Shown here piece by piece: positions 12,974 to 26,676 of a stretch of 64,000 bases of DNA. The notes beneath the pieces were generated by a model. The model was given only the letters and a program-made list of their open reading frames with translations, had not been told where the DNA came from and searched no databases. The first letter of the stretch is position 1. Every line of letters starts with the position of its first letter. The stretch is taken from NCBI RefSeq assembly GCF_009914755.1, contig NC_060925.1, one strand, 5' to 3'. The stretch is from the human T2T-CHM13v2.0 reference genome, Homo sapiens. The position numbers were made by a program, and so were the translations under genes.

Positions 12974-13084
12974 TAGGGCCAAGATTAGGTAAGCTGAGTG
13001 AGGGGTCTTGGGTGCAGAGTTTAAGGAGGGGTCCTCTTAGAGTCATGTAGGTGCCTCATTTGCCTCATCCTAATTTCACCCCTA
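12974..13084. mobile_element. Short hAT-Tip100 MITE (MER91-like)
   Basis: Imperfect terminal inverted repeats AGGGCCAAGATTAGG...CCTAATTTCACCCCT; internal GGGTGCAGAGTTTAAGG. Confidence 0.5.
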
Positions 13085-14051
13085 ACGGCTAATTTCGTGC
13101 ATGACTTGAAGGCAGTCACTGTCTCTCTGACCATTAGTTTCTTAACCTGTAAAATGAAGTGGTCAGAAGACTATAAGTCCTGTTAGGTTCTCTGGGTTTG
13201 AAACTGCTGCATTGTTCCATAGCTCCTGAGACACAGCTCACCCTCTCCAACCTACCCACTGGACTTTTCCCCCTTTGTCTTAGGGGGGCTGCTCATCTGT
13301 GTAGTTAGTTTCCCCAGTCATGCCTGGCTTCACTGTCAAGGGCTCAGTTCACAAGCCACTTAGCAAAGGCAGTCATGAAAGAACAACATAGCGTCTGTTC
13401 TGGGCCTTCGCGGAGGACGTGCTCACATTCCTCCCCTCAAAGCAAAATTGATTGGCCATGACCTGGGGCCGCACCAAAGAGAAGGAATCGCTGGGGGCCG
13501 GGGTGCCATTCGGTGCCCAGATGAGGTCAGTCACCACATGGTCCTCAGTAGCCTCGAGGAATGAGAGATATTTGACTCCCCTATTAATCACCTGGAAGAG
13601 TTATGAATATCTTGGGTCAAAGTGACAGTTTGCCTCTTGACAGGAAAGAGGCCTAAGTTCTGACTCCCACTTAGAAAAAGTTCATGTAGTTTTGTTCCTC
13701 CAAGATAGAAACAGAGGACCATAGATATGGGGAAGGGGAGAAATTGAGAAGGAGCGAGAAGGCGAGAGGGTGTTGTTTATCCAGTTCAATCTCAGATCCC
13801 ACACTTGAGCCTAAGCTCAAAGGGTTCAGTCAGTCATCCTGAATATGGAGACTTCTCCAAGGGGAGCTCTTTTGATTGTTGGGTAACAAAAATTATTAGA
13901 AATATTTTATTTTTATGTATTATATCTATAAATATAAATCTATATAAATACAGATGTGATATATAATATAAATATGTTAGTCAGTGTGAATGAGGAACAG
14001 GTCAATTTCTCCTCCAAATAGTTGCCCTTAAAATCTTTGAAGACATTATCA

Positions 14052-14635
<584 letters not shown>

Positions 14636-15077
14636 AAGTCTTCCAGGCAATCCCAACCCCTCTGTTTCACCTGGTCCCCTTCTTCTGGAATCACAATGTA
14701 TCAGTGACCTTCATATGGTGTTGGTCCAGAACCATACATGGTTATGCAAGCATGGAGAACAGAGCAATCATCTCTGCTTGCAGATGCCATTGGGTGATGA
14801 GAGAGCCAGAACAGAGTCCCATTCTGCTGATCCCCAGGCACCTGGGATGATGGAGAAAACACCAATAAGCCAGCAAGAGAAGTGACTAGCCTTCCCAACA
14901 TGCAAACACTATGTGTGGAATTTACCATGTTTGTATCATCATTCAGGGACCACAGACCATGCATCTAAACACCACCAGTACGTCCATAGATGCAGAAGCA
15001 CTGACCAAATGGATGTACTATCCCCTGACTCAAACCAGTGAAAATTACATGGCCAATCTTTTAAAAAGCAAGTAGTG

Positions 15078-15374
<297 letters not shown>

Positions 15375-16089
15375 AAAAAGCAAGTAGTTAGTAGCGTAGG
15401 GGGAAAGTCCTGGATAAGAACTCATGCCTCTTTGATTTATACCTGTGTTGCCTAAACTGTCTTCCTTTCCTTGATGACTAATATATATGTTAGCTGCTCA
15501 GCTTTTCTTTATACTACATTTTCAGGAGATGCACACTCTTCCCTGACTTCCCTTAGCCTAAAGTTCTGGAATAATTATCCCTTCATTTCATGTGATACCA
15601 GATTTTGCATACTTCTTTTAGTGATCCAATGATTCCCTCTTTAAGATATATATTAGTTCTATAAACATTACACAATATTGCTATGGAAATGGAAAAAGAC
15701 TGTTCTTAACTTGTCCCAATAGTTTCAGCTCTCAAACTATTTATTTGACGTCTCCTGAACTTTTATCCTAAACCTATATCTGAAGCTTATATCCAAAATT
15801 GTCAGCTACCCCTATCCAAAGGGACCTCTCCCTTGGGGATCCCACAGGTACCTGAAATTCATCATCTCCCCTCCCCTATCCATTCCTCGAATTATTTGCC
15901 ACAATCAATGGTCTTACGACCACTGCTGATCATAGCACTGGACAGTTGAAGGAGAAAATTCACATTCCTTGAGCATCTACCATGAAGGTTAACAACCCTG
16001 CAGTGAAAATATCATCCTTAGTTCACAAATAAGAAAACAGGGGCAGATTCTCTCATGCCCCACATCTAATTCTCCAACAAATGCAGTGG

Positions 16090-17150
16090 GAACTCATACA
16101 ACTCAATAGCAAAAATACAAATAACCTGATAAAAAAAACCAACAAAAACCTAATAGAGATTTTTCCAAAGAAGATCTACAGATGTACAACAGGTGTATAA
16201 AGGTGCTCAACATAACTAATTATAAGGGAAATACAAATCAAAACCACAATGGGACATTAACTGGAATTTGTTAGGATGGCAATTATAAAAAAAGACAAGA
16301 GTTAACAAGTGTTGTTGGCAAGATTGTGGAGAAAAGGGAACCCTTGTATATTGTTGATGGGAATGCAAATTGGTATAGCCACTATAGAAAAGAGTATAGA
16401 GGTTCCTCAAAAAATTAAAAATAGAATTAGCATATGATGCAGCCATCTCATTCTAGGTATATATCTAAAGGAAATAAAATCACTATCTCAAAGAGGTATC
16501 TGCACTTCCACATTCATTCCAGCATTATTCACAAGAGCCAAGATACGGAAACAACCTTAATGTCTGTCAATAGATGATGGATTAAAAAAAGACATGCTAT
16601 ACAAATTTATACAATGCGATGTTACTAAGCCATAGAAAGAAGGAAATCCTGCTATTTGTGACAACATGGATAAATGTTGAGGATAATATGCTAAGTGAAA
16701 TGAATCAAACACATAAAGACAGATATTATGTGTTCTCACTTATATGTGGAATCTAAAAAATTGACCTCTTAGATGTAGTGAGAAGAATGATCACTGCCAA
16801 GGCCTGAAGGGCGTGAGGGAAATAGGGAGACATTTGTCAAAAGGTACAAACATTTAGTTATAAGATGAATACGTTCTGGGGATCTCATGAATACCACAGT
16901 GACTACAGTTGATGATACTGCATTGCATACTTGAAATTTGCTAAGAGGATAGATCTGAGGTATTCTCACCACACACACACACACAAACAGTAACTACGTG
17001 AAGTGATGGATATGTTAATTACCTTGATTGTAATAATCATTTCATGATATATATTAATACATACATCACATCATCACTGTGTACACCTTAGATTTATACG
17101 ATTTTTATTTGTCAAACATACCTCCATAAAACTGGGGAAAAATACAAACA
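16090..17150 (+). mobile_element. L1MA-type LINE 3' end (decayed ORF2 C-terminus and 3'UTR), inserted in L2
   Basis: AAATCAAAACCACAATG, GAGGTTCCTCAAAAAATTAAAAATAGAA, TGCTAAGTGAAAT; TSD-like CAAATGCA(G/A)TG on both flanks. Confidence 0.9.
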
Positions 17151-17159
17151 GAAAACCAA

Positions 17160-17856
17160 ATGCAATGAACTCCACTTTCCAAGTGCATCTAGAATTTGTG
17201 TGCATCTTCCACATTTCCAGCATAGCCACCTTGGTTCTGGCACCGTCACCTCTTGCTGCAGTCATTGCAATCACTCTCCCACAGCTTTGTCTGCTCCCAT
17301 CATTGTTCCTCTAAAAGCTCAACTTTGCAGAGCCCCAGAGAGAAGTTTTCAGGGGATTTAAATCAACTCTGAACTGGATTTCCATCTTATTTAAAGCAAT
17401 GTCCTTTCCACCGGACTCAAGGCCCTGCATGATCTGCCTCTAGTTGTCTTGGAGCTCATCTCCAATTGCTCCTTCTCCTGCCTCCTGGTGCTGCCTCAGA
17501 CTCTCCAAAGTGCTCTTGCCTAAGGGCACTTGCACCTTGCTTCTCTTCTTCACCTGGAACACACTTCCCTCAGACAGCCACATGGCTTGCTCCCTCATTT
17601 AATCCCCCTGCTCAAACTGTGGTCATTCCCCTGACCACACTCTACATAAATTGTCTATCCTCTCCTTTCCTTCCCTCCTCATCTCCCCACTGAATTTTCC
17701 TCCACGACACATCAACAGCTGACATATGTAGTACATTTTTGTTTGTTGTTCAGCTCCCCTCATCAGAATGTAAACCTCATAAGCTTATAGTCTAGTGAAA
17801 AAATCTGTTTCATGTGACAACTAGTAGGTGCTCAATAAATAGTCAATGAATGAATG
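17160..17856 (+). mobile_element. L2 LINE 3' end
   Basis: AAGGCCCTGCATGATCTG...TAGTAGGTGCTCAATAAATAGTCAATGAATGAATG. Confidence 0.8.
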
Positions 17857-18472
17857 CATAGGAGGCAACTGGAAAAGCAGGGAGTGTCCAAAATAGTATG
17901 GGATTCAGAGACCATTTCCAATAACAATTATTGGAGGGAAATTCGACTTGGAAGGCAGCACTAATTTGTAGAACAAGGAAGGGAGTCATGAGGACTGACT
18001 TCAACTGCTTGAAGAGCTGACATACGGAGTAGGAGCAGACTCACTCTGCATTTTTCATAAAGTAAAACTCCTAAGTAGTTTTCCAGGCCAACAAAGTGGG
18101 TGTGGCAGGCATTCAAGACACAGAGAATCATATGAGCCCTGCGTCGAGGCTGAGATTTGGAAAGACGTGGCTTGTATGTTAAATACCAAATTAGTCATAT
18201 GCAGCTGGAGGGGAGTGGTGGTCCATGAGGTCAGAAAGATAAACTGGATGGGCTTTTATTGCATTCATTTATTAATTCATGAAAGTATCAAATGCTCTAC
18301 ATTTAATTAGCACATATTATCTCCCAGGCTCTGTGCTAGGTCCTGGGGATATAAAGCCTGTAATTTAGAAATCCTGTCATTGAAAGATAAGAATGAACAT
18401 TTGTCAAGGCCTTAAAGGTCTCTGTATATAATAGGTACTCAAAAAAAAAAAAACTGGATCCCTGAATGCTGG

Positions 18473-18875
18473 TGTCTGAGTCCATTTGGCTACTATAACA
18501 AAATACCTTAGACTAGGTAATTTATAAACAATAGAAATTCATTACTGACAGTTCTAGCAAATGGAAAGTCCCAGATCACGGACTTTATAAAGGTGTCAGC
18601 AATTCAATGTCTGGTGAGAGCTCTCCACTTCATAGATTCATAGGGAGCTTCATAGCGCTCTCTACTTCATAGATTGCACCCTCTTACTGGGTCATCACAT
18701 GGTGGTGGAAAACAAGCCTCTTTCTATGAGGCCATTAATCCCATTGATGAGAGCAGAGTCGTCATGACCCTATCACCTCCCAAAGGCCCTGCATCTTAAT
18801 ACTATCACCTTAGGAGTTAAGTTTCAACCTATGAATTTTTGGGGTGGAGGGCACGCCAACATTCGAAGTATAGCA
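18473..18875 (-). mobile_element. MLT1A-type MaLR LTR
   Basis: TGTCTGAGTCCATTTGGCTACTATAACAAAATACC...AACATTCGAAGTATAGCA. Confidence 0.8.
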
Positions 18876-19413
18876 GGAGGCTATGTTTTTCTAGTTAATA
18901 ATCATATTAATCCTATGAGGCAAATATAATTATGCCTGTTTTAGAGGTAAGGAAACTAAGATTTAGTTTTCTGACTTCATATAACTCATATGATTCTGGG
19001 CCATGCTATAAATCTAGCTCTGTCTCACATCAAAGTTTTTGGGTTTTTCCCCGCCCCACTATGTCCTCTTGTCTCCTCAAAACAGCTCAAACTCTTAGAA
19101 ATAACTTCCTAGACCAGAGAAGTAAAAACAGGAGGGATGGATCCACTCTACTCATACAGGAAGGTTTTGAGTGGGAGCCTTAAAGGATGAGTCTCTTTAA
19201 TCTCCCTGGCCCAGTAGTTACCAGAATTGCCTTGCTATCAATCCCTGGGGAGCAATAGGCACTGTTGTTAAGTGTGCCAGCCTTGGGTTGCACAGTCTGG
19301 AATTTGAATACGAGTTTTCCCCTTGATTAGCTATATGACCCTGGGCATATCACTTAATCTTGTTAAACCTCAATCTTCTCATTCTTAAAATGAGGACTAA
19401 AAATTATACCTCT

Positions 19414-19560
19414 GGGGTGCCCCTGTGGCTCACATTTGTAATTTGAGCACTTTGGGAGGCCAAGACAGGAGGATTGCTTGAGCCCAGGAATTCAAGGCTA
19501 CAGTGAGCCATTACTGCACTCTAGCCTGGGCAACAGAGCAAGACTCTATCTCAAAAAAAA
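19414..19560 (+). mobile_element. Monomeric Alu (FAM/FRAM-like) inserted in a MIR (about 19260-19660)
   Basis: Single arm with poly(A); TSD AAAAATTA(T/C)ACCTCT at 19399-19413 and 19561-19575. Confidence 0.85.
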
Positions 19561-21142
19561 AAAAATTACACCTCTAATAGAAGATCACTATGAAATTAAA
19601 TTGGATAAATCATGCAGAATATGTAGCAAAATTTCTGGCACAAAATAAATGATCAATGACTCTTAGCCATGGGATGAAGAAGATAATGGTGATGAGGATA
19701 TTCTGGCTCCAGGTGACAAAGTCAAGGACATGTCTGGCTGATAAAGTCAGTTTAGCAGCTTCCATTAAGAAGTTATTCAGAAAAAAAGCTGGGACCCTGT
19801 CCTTTACAATCCCACAGTGAAATGTACTGTACTTAAGGAAGGGCAAGGAGGAAGGAGAAGTTCCTATCCACACCACAAAGCTAAAAAACCCAAGAAGAGT
19901 TTGGTTTTGCTCTGTTCTCAGTCCTTTTTAACTGAGTTTTCCTTTTTAAAAAAATACTATGGCCTTTGCCTGAGGCCTAATCAGGATGCCTATAAATGTG
20001 CATATTTATGGATGTTAGTATAATACACCTTAAAAAGTTCCCTTTGCTTTCAGATGCTGGTCTGCATTTTGTGCATGTCTCAGCTATGTGCTGGGTGGCT
20101 GCTACAATATTTCTGCTGAGGCAGGCAGAGTACACCCACCCAAATGCATTTCATCTAAATGTAGTTTGGTCTGGGACATCTTGGTAATCAGGGAAGACAA
20201 AGCAGATTAAAATCATGTGAGAGGCCACTTTCCCAGCGAGCTCAAACATGCTCTGCTGATAGAAACCACTCCACACAGGGCATGGGGGTGTGACTTTGTG
20301 GGGAAGAGGGGGAGGTGGAAGGATTGGGGTCAGGTTGTGACAAGGAGATGAAGGTTTGTTCCAGCCAAGGGGTCTGTCTGGGATGCCAGCCATGAGGAAA
20401 GCAAGCTTCAGCACAGATGTCTGTGATGTGGAGTAACCCCACGTATATTTCAAAACAGATTTCCTGGGGGAAATTTTTTGGGAATTCACAATATGTTGTT
20501 AAAACCAGGCAATCCTTTGAGGTTTGTTATTCTTCTTCTAGGACTCTGTAATATTCACCGGCAGGAAAACCCAAGGGAATGACTACTATGACATCTGATG
20601 GTGAGAAGGCGGCGTTGGTTGAGGGGAGTGAATGGGTTATATCTATTGAAAATCTACTATGGGTTTTTCTTCTTTTTTCTCTGATTATCACAGAAGAGGT
20701 TACTAAGTTTCAGAAAGAAGCAGGAATTAGTGCTTGGAGACCCAAACATCCTAGAAGGACCCTGGAGATCCTTTGTGAAGTTGAGAAGGAGGGAGATTAT
20801 TGTTTAAGGTAGCTTCTGAGTTGTGCGCCAGGCATTGGAAACTAAGCCAAGGACACAGCCAGCCAGTGAGCAAGGCCTTCTCCAGATCATTCCGGGGAGT
20901 TCTGCTCCAGTTTAGAGGGCTGTTCCAGGTTCCCTCAGTGGTGATTTTGGAGGCTTCAAAGGACTTCCCAGTAGAGATGAGCAAAGAGAGGTCATCCCCA
21001 TTCCCTTGAAACTGATTCAGCCAAGCCTTTCATGTCAACCTTCTGCACCAGTTGAGCAAAGCAGTAATCACACCCATTCAAGTCTTCTAAAGGGAAAGAA
21101 ATCACCATCACTTGTCCTTATTCTGTTGCACTGGAAATAGAT

Positions 21143-21306
21143 TTGTCAGATAAGATATAGGATACCCAGTTAAATTTGAATTTCAGATAAATGATAAAAC
21201 TTTTTTGGAATAAGTGTGTCCCACATGTTGCATGGGACACACAAACTTGATCTGAAATTCAAATGTGACCAGATGTCCTGTACTTTTATTTGCCAAATCT
21301 GACAAT
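21143..21306. mobile_element. MER53 palindromic hAT MITE with an internal deletion
   Basis: CAGATAAGATATAGGATACCCAGTTAAATTTGAATTTCAGATAA...GTGTCCCA...TGGGACAC...TCTGAAATTCAAAT. Confidence 0.85.
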
Positions 21307-21489
21307 TCCTTCCACAAGTCACTAGAAACATCTCATAATTGTGCCCCCCTGCAGGTGGTAAGAGGTACCATGTCATAGCACAACCTGCAAAAAGTGGTTA
21401 ATGATAGAACATGCCACTGAGGGGTAGTGAGCCTCTTGTCACAGAGAGCTTACCTGGCTGTTTTCATACCTTCCCTGCACTTTTAATCC

Positions 21490-21725
21490 CTCACTCCTCA
21501 GCTCCTAGGGATAAGGAGCATGAATCCTGAGGCAGGTTGCTTGGATATGAACGCTGGTTAGCTGATGGCCTTACATTAAGTAATATAACCTCTCTGTGTT
21601 TTCTAGTTTGCTCGTCTGTAAAATGGGGGCAAGAGTAGCAATTACCTTGTAAAGTTGTTCTGAAGCTTCAAAGTGCTTAGTTCAGTGCTTGGCCCATGGG
21701 GAAGGAAGAAAAGACATTAATTATT
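21490..21725 (+). mobile_element. MIR SINE
   Basis: AACCTCTCTGTG...CGTCTGTAAAATGGGG...AAAGTGCTTAG. Confidence 0.7.
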
Positions 21726-22838
21726 ACTGTTATTATTCCCTGGTACCTATATACAAAAGGAGTTGGGCTATTGAGAATCATGTAATCATGTCAAAGCTGG
21801 GGCAGAATTTAAGGTCTCAGAAGCCATTGCTGAACCACTGCCACTCAGAGAAGAAAAATATTTTGGGAGCATTTAGAGGAACTCTCTTGTTTTAGAAATG
21901 AAAACTCAAGCCAGAAAGGCCAAATGGCTCGCTCCAAACTTCACAGGTGGTTGAGAATAAGATCTTGGGGTAGAACAGCAGATACAGATAAAATAACCCA
22001 AAGGAATGGTGGAGAGCCTTTTGCTAGGACTCAGTAATTTAAATTACAGAATTACAGGATTTTAGAGCTACCAGAAGTGGGCAAGACAGCATTTGCCCCA
22101 GGGCCGGCCTAAAGCAAGACACAGACATAGGAGTCAAATGTTCTTGGGGTTCTAGTCCCAGTTCTGCCCTGGTGTTTCTTACACATCTTTTGGCAAGTCC
22201 TTACCTTCCCTAGCCTTCAGTTTCCCATCTGTACAACGGAGATAATCATCTGAGCTCTGTCTGCTTCCTCTGGCTATTGCGAAAGCTTTGGAAGGAATGA
22301 CACCTCGGCTGCCTCCCAGGAACTAACCATCCCACTCTGCCCTTTTGGCCTCTCCCCAGCTTGTCAGAGTGCTGCCTTCCTTCACGTCCTTGGCTTCCAG
22401 CCCTCACAGGCATGAGATATCTGGGCCCCAACTGACTGATGACCAGCAGATTCTAGTATGTGGGGTGAGGGTGGGGAAGGTTCATTCTTGCTTGACTGGC
22501 CTGCATTGCCCATCAGCCTAGATTCAAGCCATGCAAAGAAGGCCTCTGAGCTCAGCTCTCAACTGATGCTTTTTGAATTGAGCAGAGTGACCTTGCTGAA
22601 AAGTAAGTCTGATCATGACACTCACCAACTTAACCCTTGCCTACAGGTGTTAACCTGGTCCCCCATCTGCGTTACCACTTACTATCTCTCACTCAGACTA
22701 ATAGACCTCAGCTTTTCTGTGCCCACTACCCCTGCTCAAATCCATTATTTGCATAGTCACCAAGAGAGCCGTCTAAAATAAAAATCCAATTAGGCTGCCT
22801 CCCCTCTTAAAACCCATTATTCACTGCAGGGATTCTTT

Positions 22839-23148
22839 TCTTGTCTTTTCTTTTTTGAAACAGAGTCTCACGGTGTTGCCCAGGCTGAATACAATCGTGC
22901 AATCATGACTCTCTGCAGACTTGACATCCTGGGCTCATCAAGCAATCCTCCTGCCTCAGCCTCCCGAATAGCTGAGACTACAGGCACCCACCACCACATC
23001 ACACTCTACAAAAAATTTCTGTTTTTTTGTAGAGATGGGGTCTTGCTATATTGCCCAGGGTGGTCTCAAACTCCTGACTTCAAGTAATCCTCCTGCCTTG
23101 GCCTCCCAAGGTGCTGGGATTACAGGTGTGACCCACCACACCTGGCCA
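22839..23148 (-). mobile_element. AluJ with TSD
   Basis: Reverse-strand Alu; TSD ACTGCAGGG(G)ATTCTTT on both sides. Confidence 0.92.
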
Positions 23149-23152
23149 ACTG

Positions 23153-23312
23153 CAGGGATTCTTTATTTGAAGATCATGGATAGGTTTCAGGAAATATGTG
23201 AACACTCTGAAATGTATACCCTAGTTCTGTTTGTGTGAGTATTAACTTTGATCAGATTTTCAGAGAGGTCTGTGACCAACTTCCTGCACTAAAAAATGTT
23301 TACAAACCACTG
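23153..23312. mobile_element. hAT-Charlie MITE (MER103-like, tentative)
   Basis: CAGGGATTCTT...CATGGATAGGTTTCAGG...GATCAGATTTTCAGAGAGGTCTGTGACC...AACCACTG. Confidence 0.55.
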
Positions 23313-23584
23313 CTCCACAGGATAAAGTTCAAACCTCTCAGTCTAAAGGAAATACAAAGCCATTCATGACACAGTTTTTACATACACCATCTTCATTTTG
23401 GATTTCTCAGCCCCAATTGCTTGAACATGTCTTGCCGTTTCTTATCTCCTTGCCTTTGCTCAAGCTGTGTCCTCTGTCTTGAAGATCCTCTTTTTCTCAT
23501 TCTTTCCAGGGATCTCCCTCCCTTGGTTAAGTCCCAGTTAACTAGTATAACTTCATTCAAGAGTTTCTTCTTCCAGGAGCTTCC

Positions 23585-23983
23585 CAATATGATTTGGCTG
23601 TGGGCCCCACCCAAATCTCATGTTGAATTGTGATCCCCAGAGTTGGAGGTAGACGTGGTGGGAGATGGTTGGATCATGGGGGTGGTTTCTAATGGTTTAA
23701 CACTGTCTCCTAGTGTTGTTTTGTGACAGAGTTCTCACAAGATCTTGTTGTTTGAAAGTGTGTAACACCTCCTACTTCGTGCACTTTCTCTTTTCCCTTC
23801 TTCACCATGTGAAGATGTGCCTGCTTCTCCTTCACCTTCTGCCATAATTGAATGTTTCCTGAGGCCTCCCCAGCCATGCTTCCTGTATAGCCTGCAGAAC
23901 GGTGAGCCAATTAAACCCATTTTCTTTATAAATTACCCAGTCTCAAGTATTTCTTTATAGCAATGTGAGAATGAACTAATACA
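23585..23983 (+). mobile_element. Solo MSTA-type MaLR LTR inserted in L2
   Basis: ATATGATTTGGCTGTG...GAACTAATACA; 5-bp TSD CTTCC at 23580-23584 and 23984-23988. Confidence 0.9.
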
Positions 23984-24158
23984 CTTCCTCTGACCCTCTC
24001 CTCCACACCCATGCTGGGGAGATGTTCTTCCGTGGGATCCCACAATCGACATCCATCTGGCTCTCTAGAATTGCACTGTTCATGTAGTGCTCACAGAGAT
24101 GAAAGCTCTTTGAGAACAAGACCACACATTATCGCTTTCTTCCTCTCCTTTTCTCAAG

Positions 24159-24321
24159 CAGTGGTTCTTGGGGACTGCAGCATCTCACCTTCATAGAAAC
24201 TCAACACTCAGACCTCACCCCAGACCTACTGAATCAGAAACTCTGAGGTTGGGGCCAGTGAGCTGTGCTTTAACAAGCCCTGCAGGTGATCCTGATGCCC
24301 GCTGAAGCCTGGGAACCATAG
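24159..24321. mobile_element. MER5A-type MITE
   Basis: CAGTGGTTCT...CCCAGACCTACTGAATCAGAAACTCTG...TTTAACAAGCCC...GGTGATCCTGATGC. Confidence 0.85.
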
Positions 24322-25769
24322 TCCTGAAAAAACGTCCCTGGCTCTTGTCTGTTCTGTTGTGATAGCTCCTAACTGGGCTTCCTGCTTCCTCCTCTGTCAC
24401 CTTCCAATCTATTCTTCATCCTAGAGCCAGAATTATCTTTCTACAACATGGAAGGAAGGGCCCTCCTCAAGAGCCTTCAGTGGCTTCCATTTGCACCTAT
24501 AATTAAATCCTGATCCCTCACCATGACCTACAGGACCCTGTGTGACCTGGCCCTGCATCTCTCCTATGCTGACCCCCTACCACCAGGCACGATGGTCTGC
24601 TTTCAGCTTCTGAGGTCAACCATCCCTTCTTGCCTCAGGCCATGTGCTGGGATGGGGAGAGGAATATGGGTGAGTCATCTTCTCCATCCTTGAGGAGGTA
24701 TAGTCAACTAGGGGAGACAGATATGGACACAAATAGACATGCAGTTCATAGAAAGCAAAGTAGCAGGGCTGTGCATATGGTACAGAAACAGCAAAGACTC
24801 ATTCTGTTTAGGGACTTTTGTTTTGCAGTGATTTCCAACTCTGCTTCTAAAGTTTGAAGGTGTAGTTTTTCTTATTCGAACATTCCAATACTAGGCATTC
24901 CATTGCCCTGAGCCTCAGTCCTGCTACTGCCATTCAGAAGCTATGCCCACCGTGCAGGGGCATTGGAGGGAGTACACGAGGATATACATCAAACGTGCCA
25001 AGCGGAGGGCAGGGTCTCTGCAGGGATCAGGGACTCCCATGTTTCTGGAGCAGATTCAAGTTTTGATGTTGTGGGGACTTACCCTTCCTGAGCTTCAGTG
25101 GGAAACTAAGTATCCCCTGAAAAAACTGAGGTGTTAAGGAGGAGGCTTGAGGTTGGGCCTACAGCAAAAGAAAAGTTCCCCTCCACTTTAAGAAATCTCC
25201 CTCCTGTGGGTGTGGTAGTGAATGTGAAAGTAGAATCTGCCTCCTGGCCCCTGCACTTACCAGAAGGGGCAGTGGTACTTGCAAAGGAGTTACAGAAAGA
25301 GCAGCAGCTGAACAGGAACTGGGGCCACCGGTTCTGGGAAGCTGGGGCTTTGGGGGAAGCGCCTGGCAGACCCCAGTGTTTACAAACTTCAGGAGCACCT
25401 GAACCCCAGCCTGTGTTAGGCACAGAGCAAATTGTGGTGAGCTACTGGCACAAGTCCTCTGGACCCAGAAAGTCAAGACAGAAAGCCAGGATGACTCCTC
25501 TAGGGCCCAGGGCTCACAGTTCCCTGGACAAACAGCCTCACTGTGGCCTCTGGGAAAAGGTGGGAGGCAGAGCAGGCTGGTGGGTTAGATATTCATTCAT
25601 TCATTCCCAATTTCCTCATCTGTGAAATGGGGAAAGAAATTCCTTCCACGTCTACTTGGATTGTATATAGTGGGGAAGGGTAGAGAACAGGTTGCTATGG
25701 AGACCAAATGAGATAATACATTCAGTTATTCATTTAATATACACTAAGCACCTGCTACGATAAAAATAA

Positions 25770-25950
25770 TAATGGGCACTTATTGAGTACCTAGTGTATG
25801 CCAGGCACTATGCTAACTACTTTAATCCTCACAATCATCCTCCGAGGTAGCTGCCCTGATTTCCATTTACAGATGAGGAAACTGAGGCTCAGAGAGATGA
25901 CTTGCCCAGATCACACAGCTAGTCAGTGGTGGATCTGGGATTTGAGAGCC
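25770..25950 (-). mobile_element. MIR SINE
   Basis: CATTTACAGATGAGGAAACTGAGGCTCAGAGAG...CACACAGCTAG. Confidence 0.85.
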
Positions 25951-26236
25951 ACAGTGTTAAATGGGGCTCAAGTCTCAGCTCCTGTACTAGAGTCAGGGAT
26001 CTGCAAGGTCAGGAATTATCATTTATCAATCTCTGAATCTTCGGTGCTTAGGCCACGGCCCAGCACATAACAGCTGCTCACTAAATGTGGGTAGGCCTCT
26101 TGCATATCTACAAGACAAGGTGAGATGAAACAGTCTGGTGGGGAAGTCAGGGAAGCAAACCAGCAGCAGGTAATGTAACAGGATCTATAGCAGATGTGCC
26201 TTCAGAGAGCTCCCTGAGGTTTGTGCTGGGTCACAC

Positions 26237-26670
26237 TGTGTACCAATCAGGGTCCCAACAGTCTGACAGCTCCCAGGAAATAGCAGATTTCAAGGAGGGA
26301 TTATATGCAAAGGTGCAGATATAGAAGAATCACAAAAGAGAGAGTAGGCACTTAATAGCTCCTGAACTGTTCTCACAACTCTTAATAGCTGCTGAACTGT
26401 CCTGCAGAGTTGCTTTCCTCAGGAGGAGCAGTGAGGAACATGGCCAGTTCAGTGACGTTGCAAACAGTGTATCAAAGGAATATCATACTCTCTCCCTTCC
26501 TCTTTTCCCTCCCTCTGGTCTCCTGTGGCTCCCTGTTGGCCAAACCCAACTAGAAACAGAAGGTTCAAGAACCCACCAATTCAATCCCCATAGATCAACC
26601 TCTTGAATACAGAGCAGATGAGGAAAGGTAATGTATGGATCTAGAGGGGCAAATGAAAGGTATTCTGCAT
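26237..26670 (-). mobile_element. ERVL LTR (LTR33-like)
   Basis: Reverse complement reads ...CATTTGCCCCTCTAGATCC...TTGGGTTTGGCCAACAGG. Confidence 0.65.
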
Positions 26671-26676
26671 GGACCG

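Noticed and set aside
16090-17150. L1 ORF2 coding potential
   Set aside because: Only a decayed 3' fragment with stops and frameshifts.
20300-20335. G-rich run as a G-quadruplex
   Set aside because: It lacks four G3 tracts with short loops; weak candidate.
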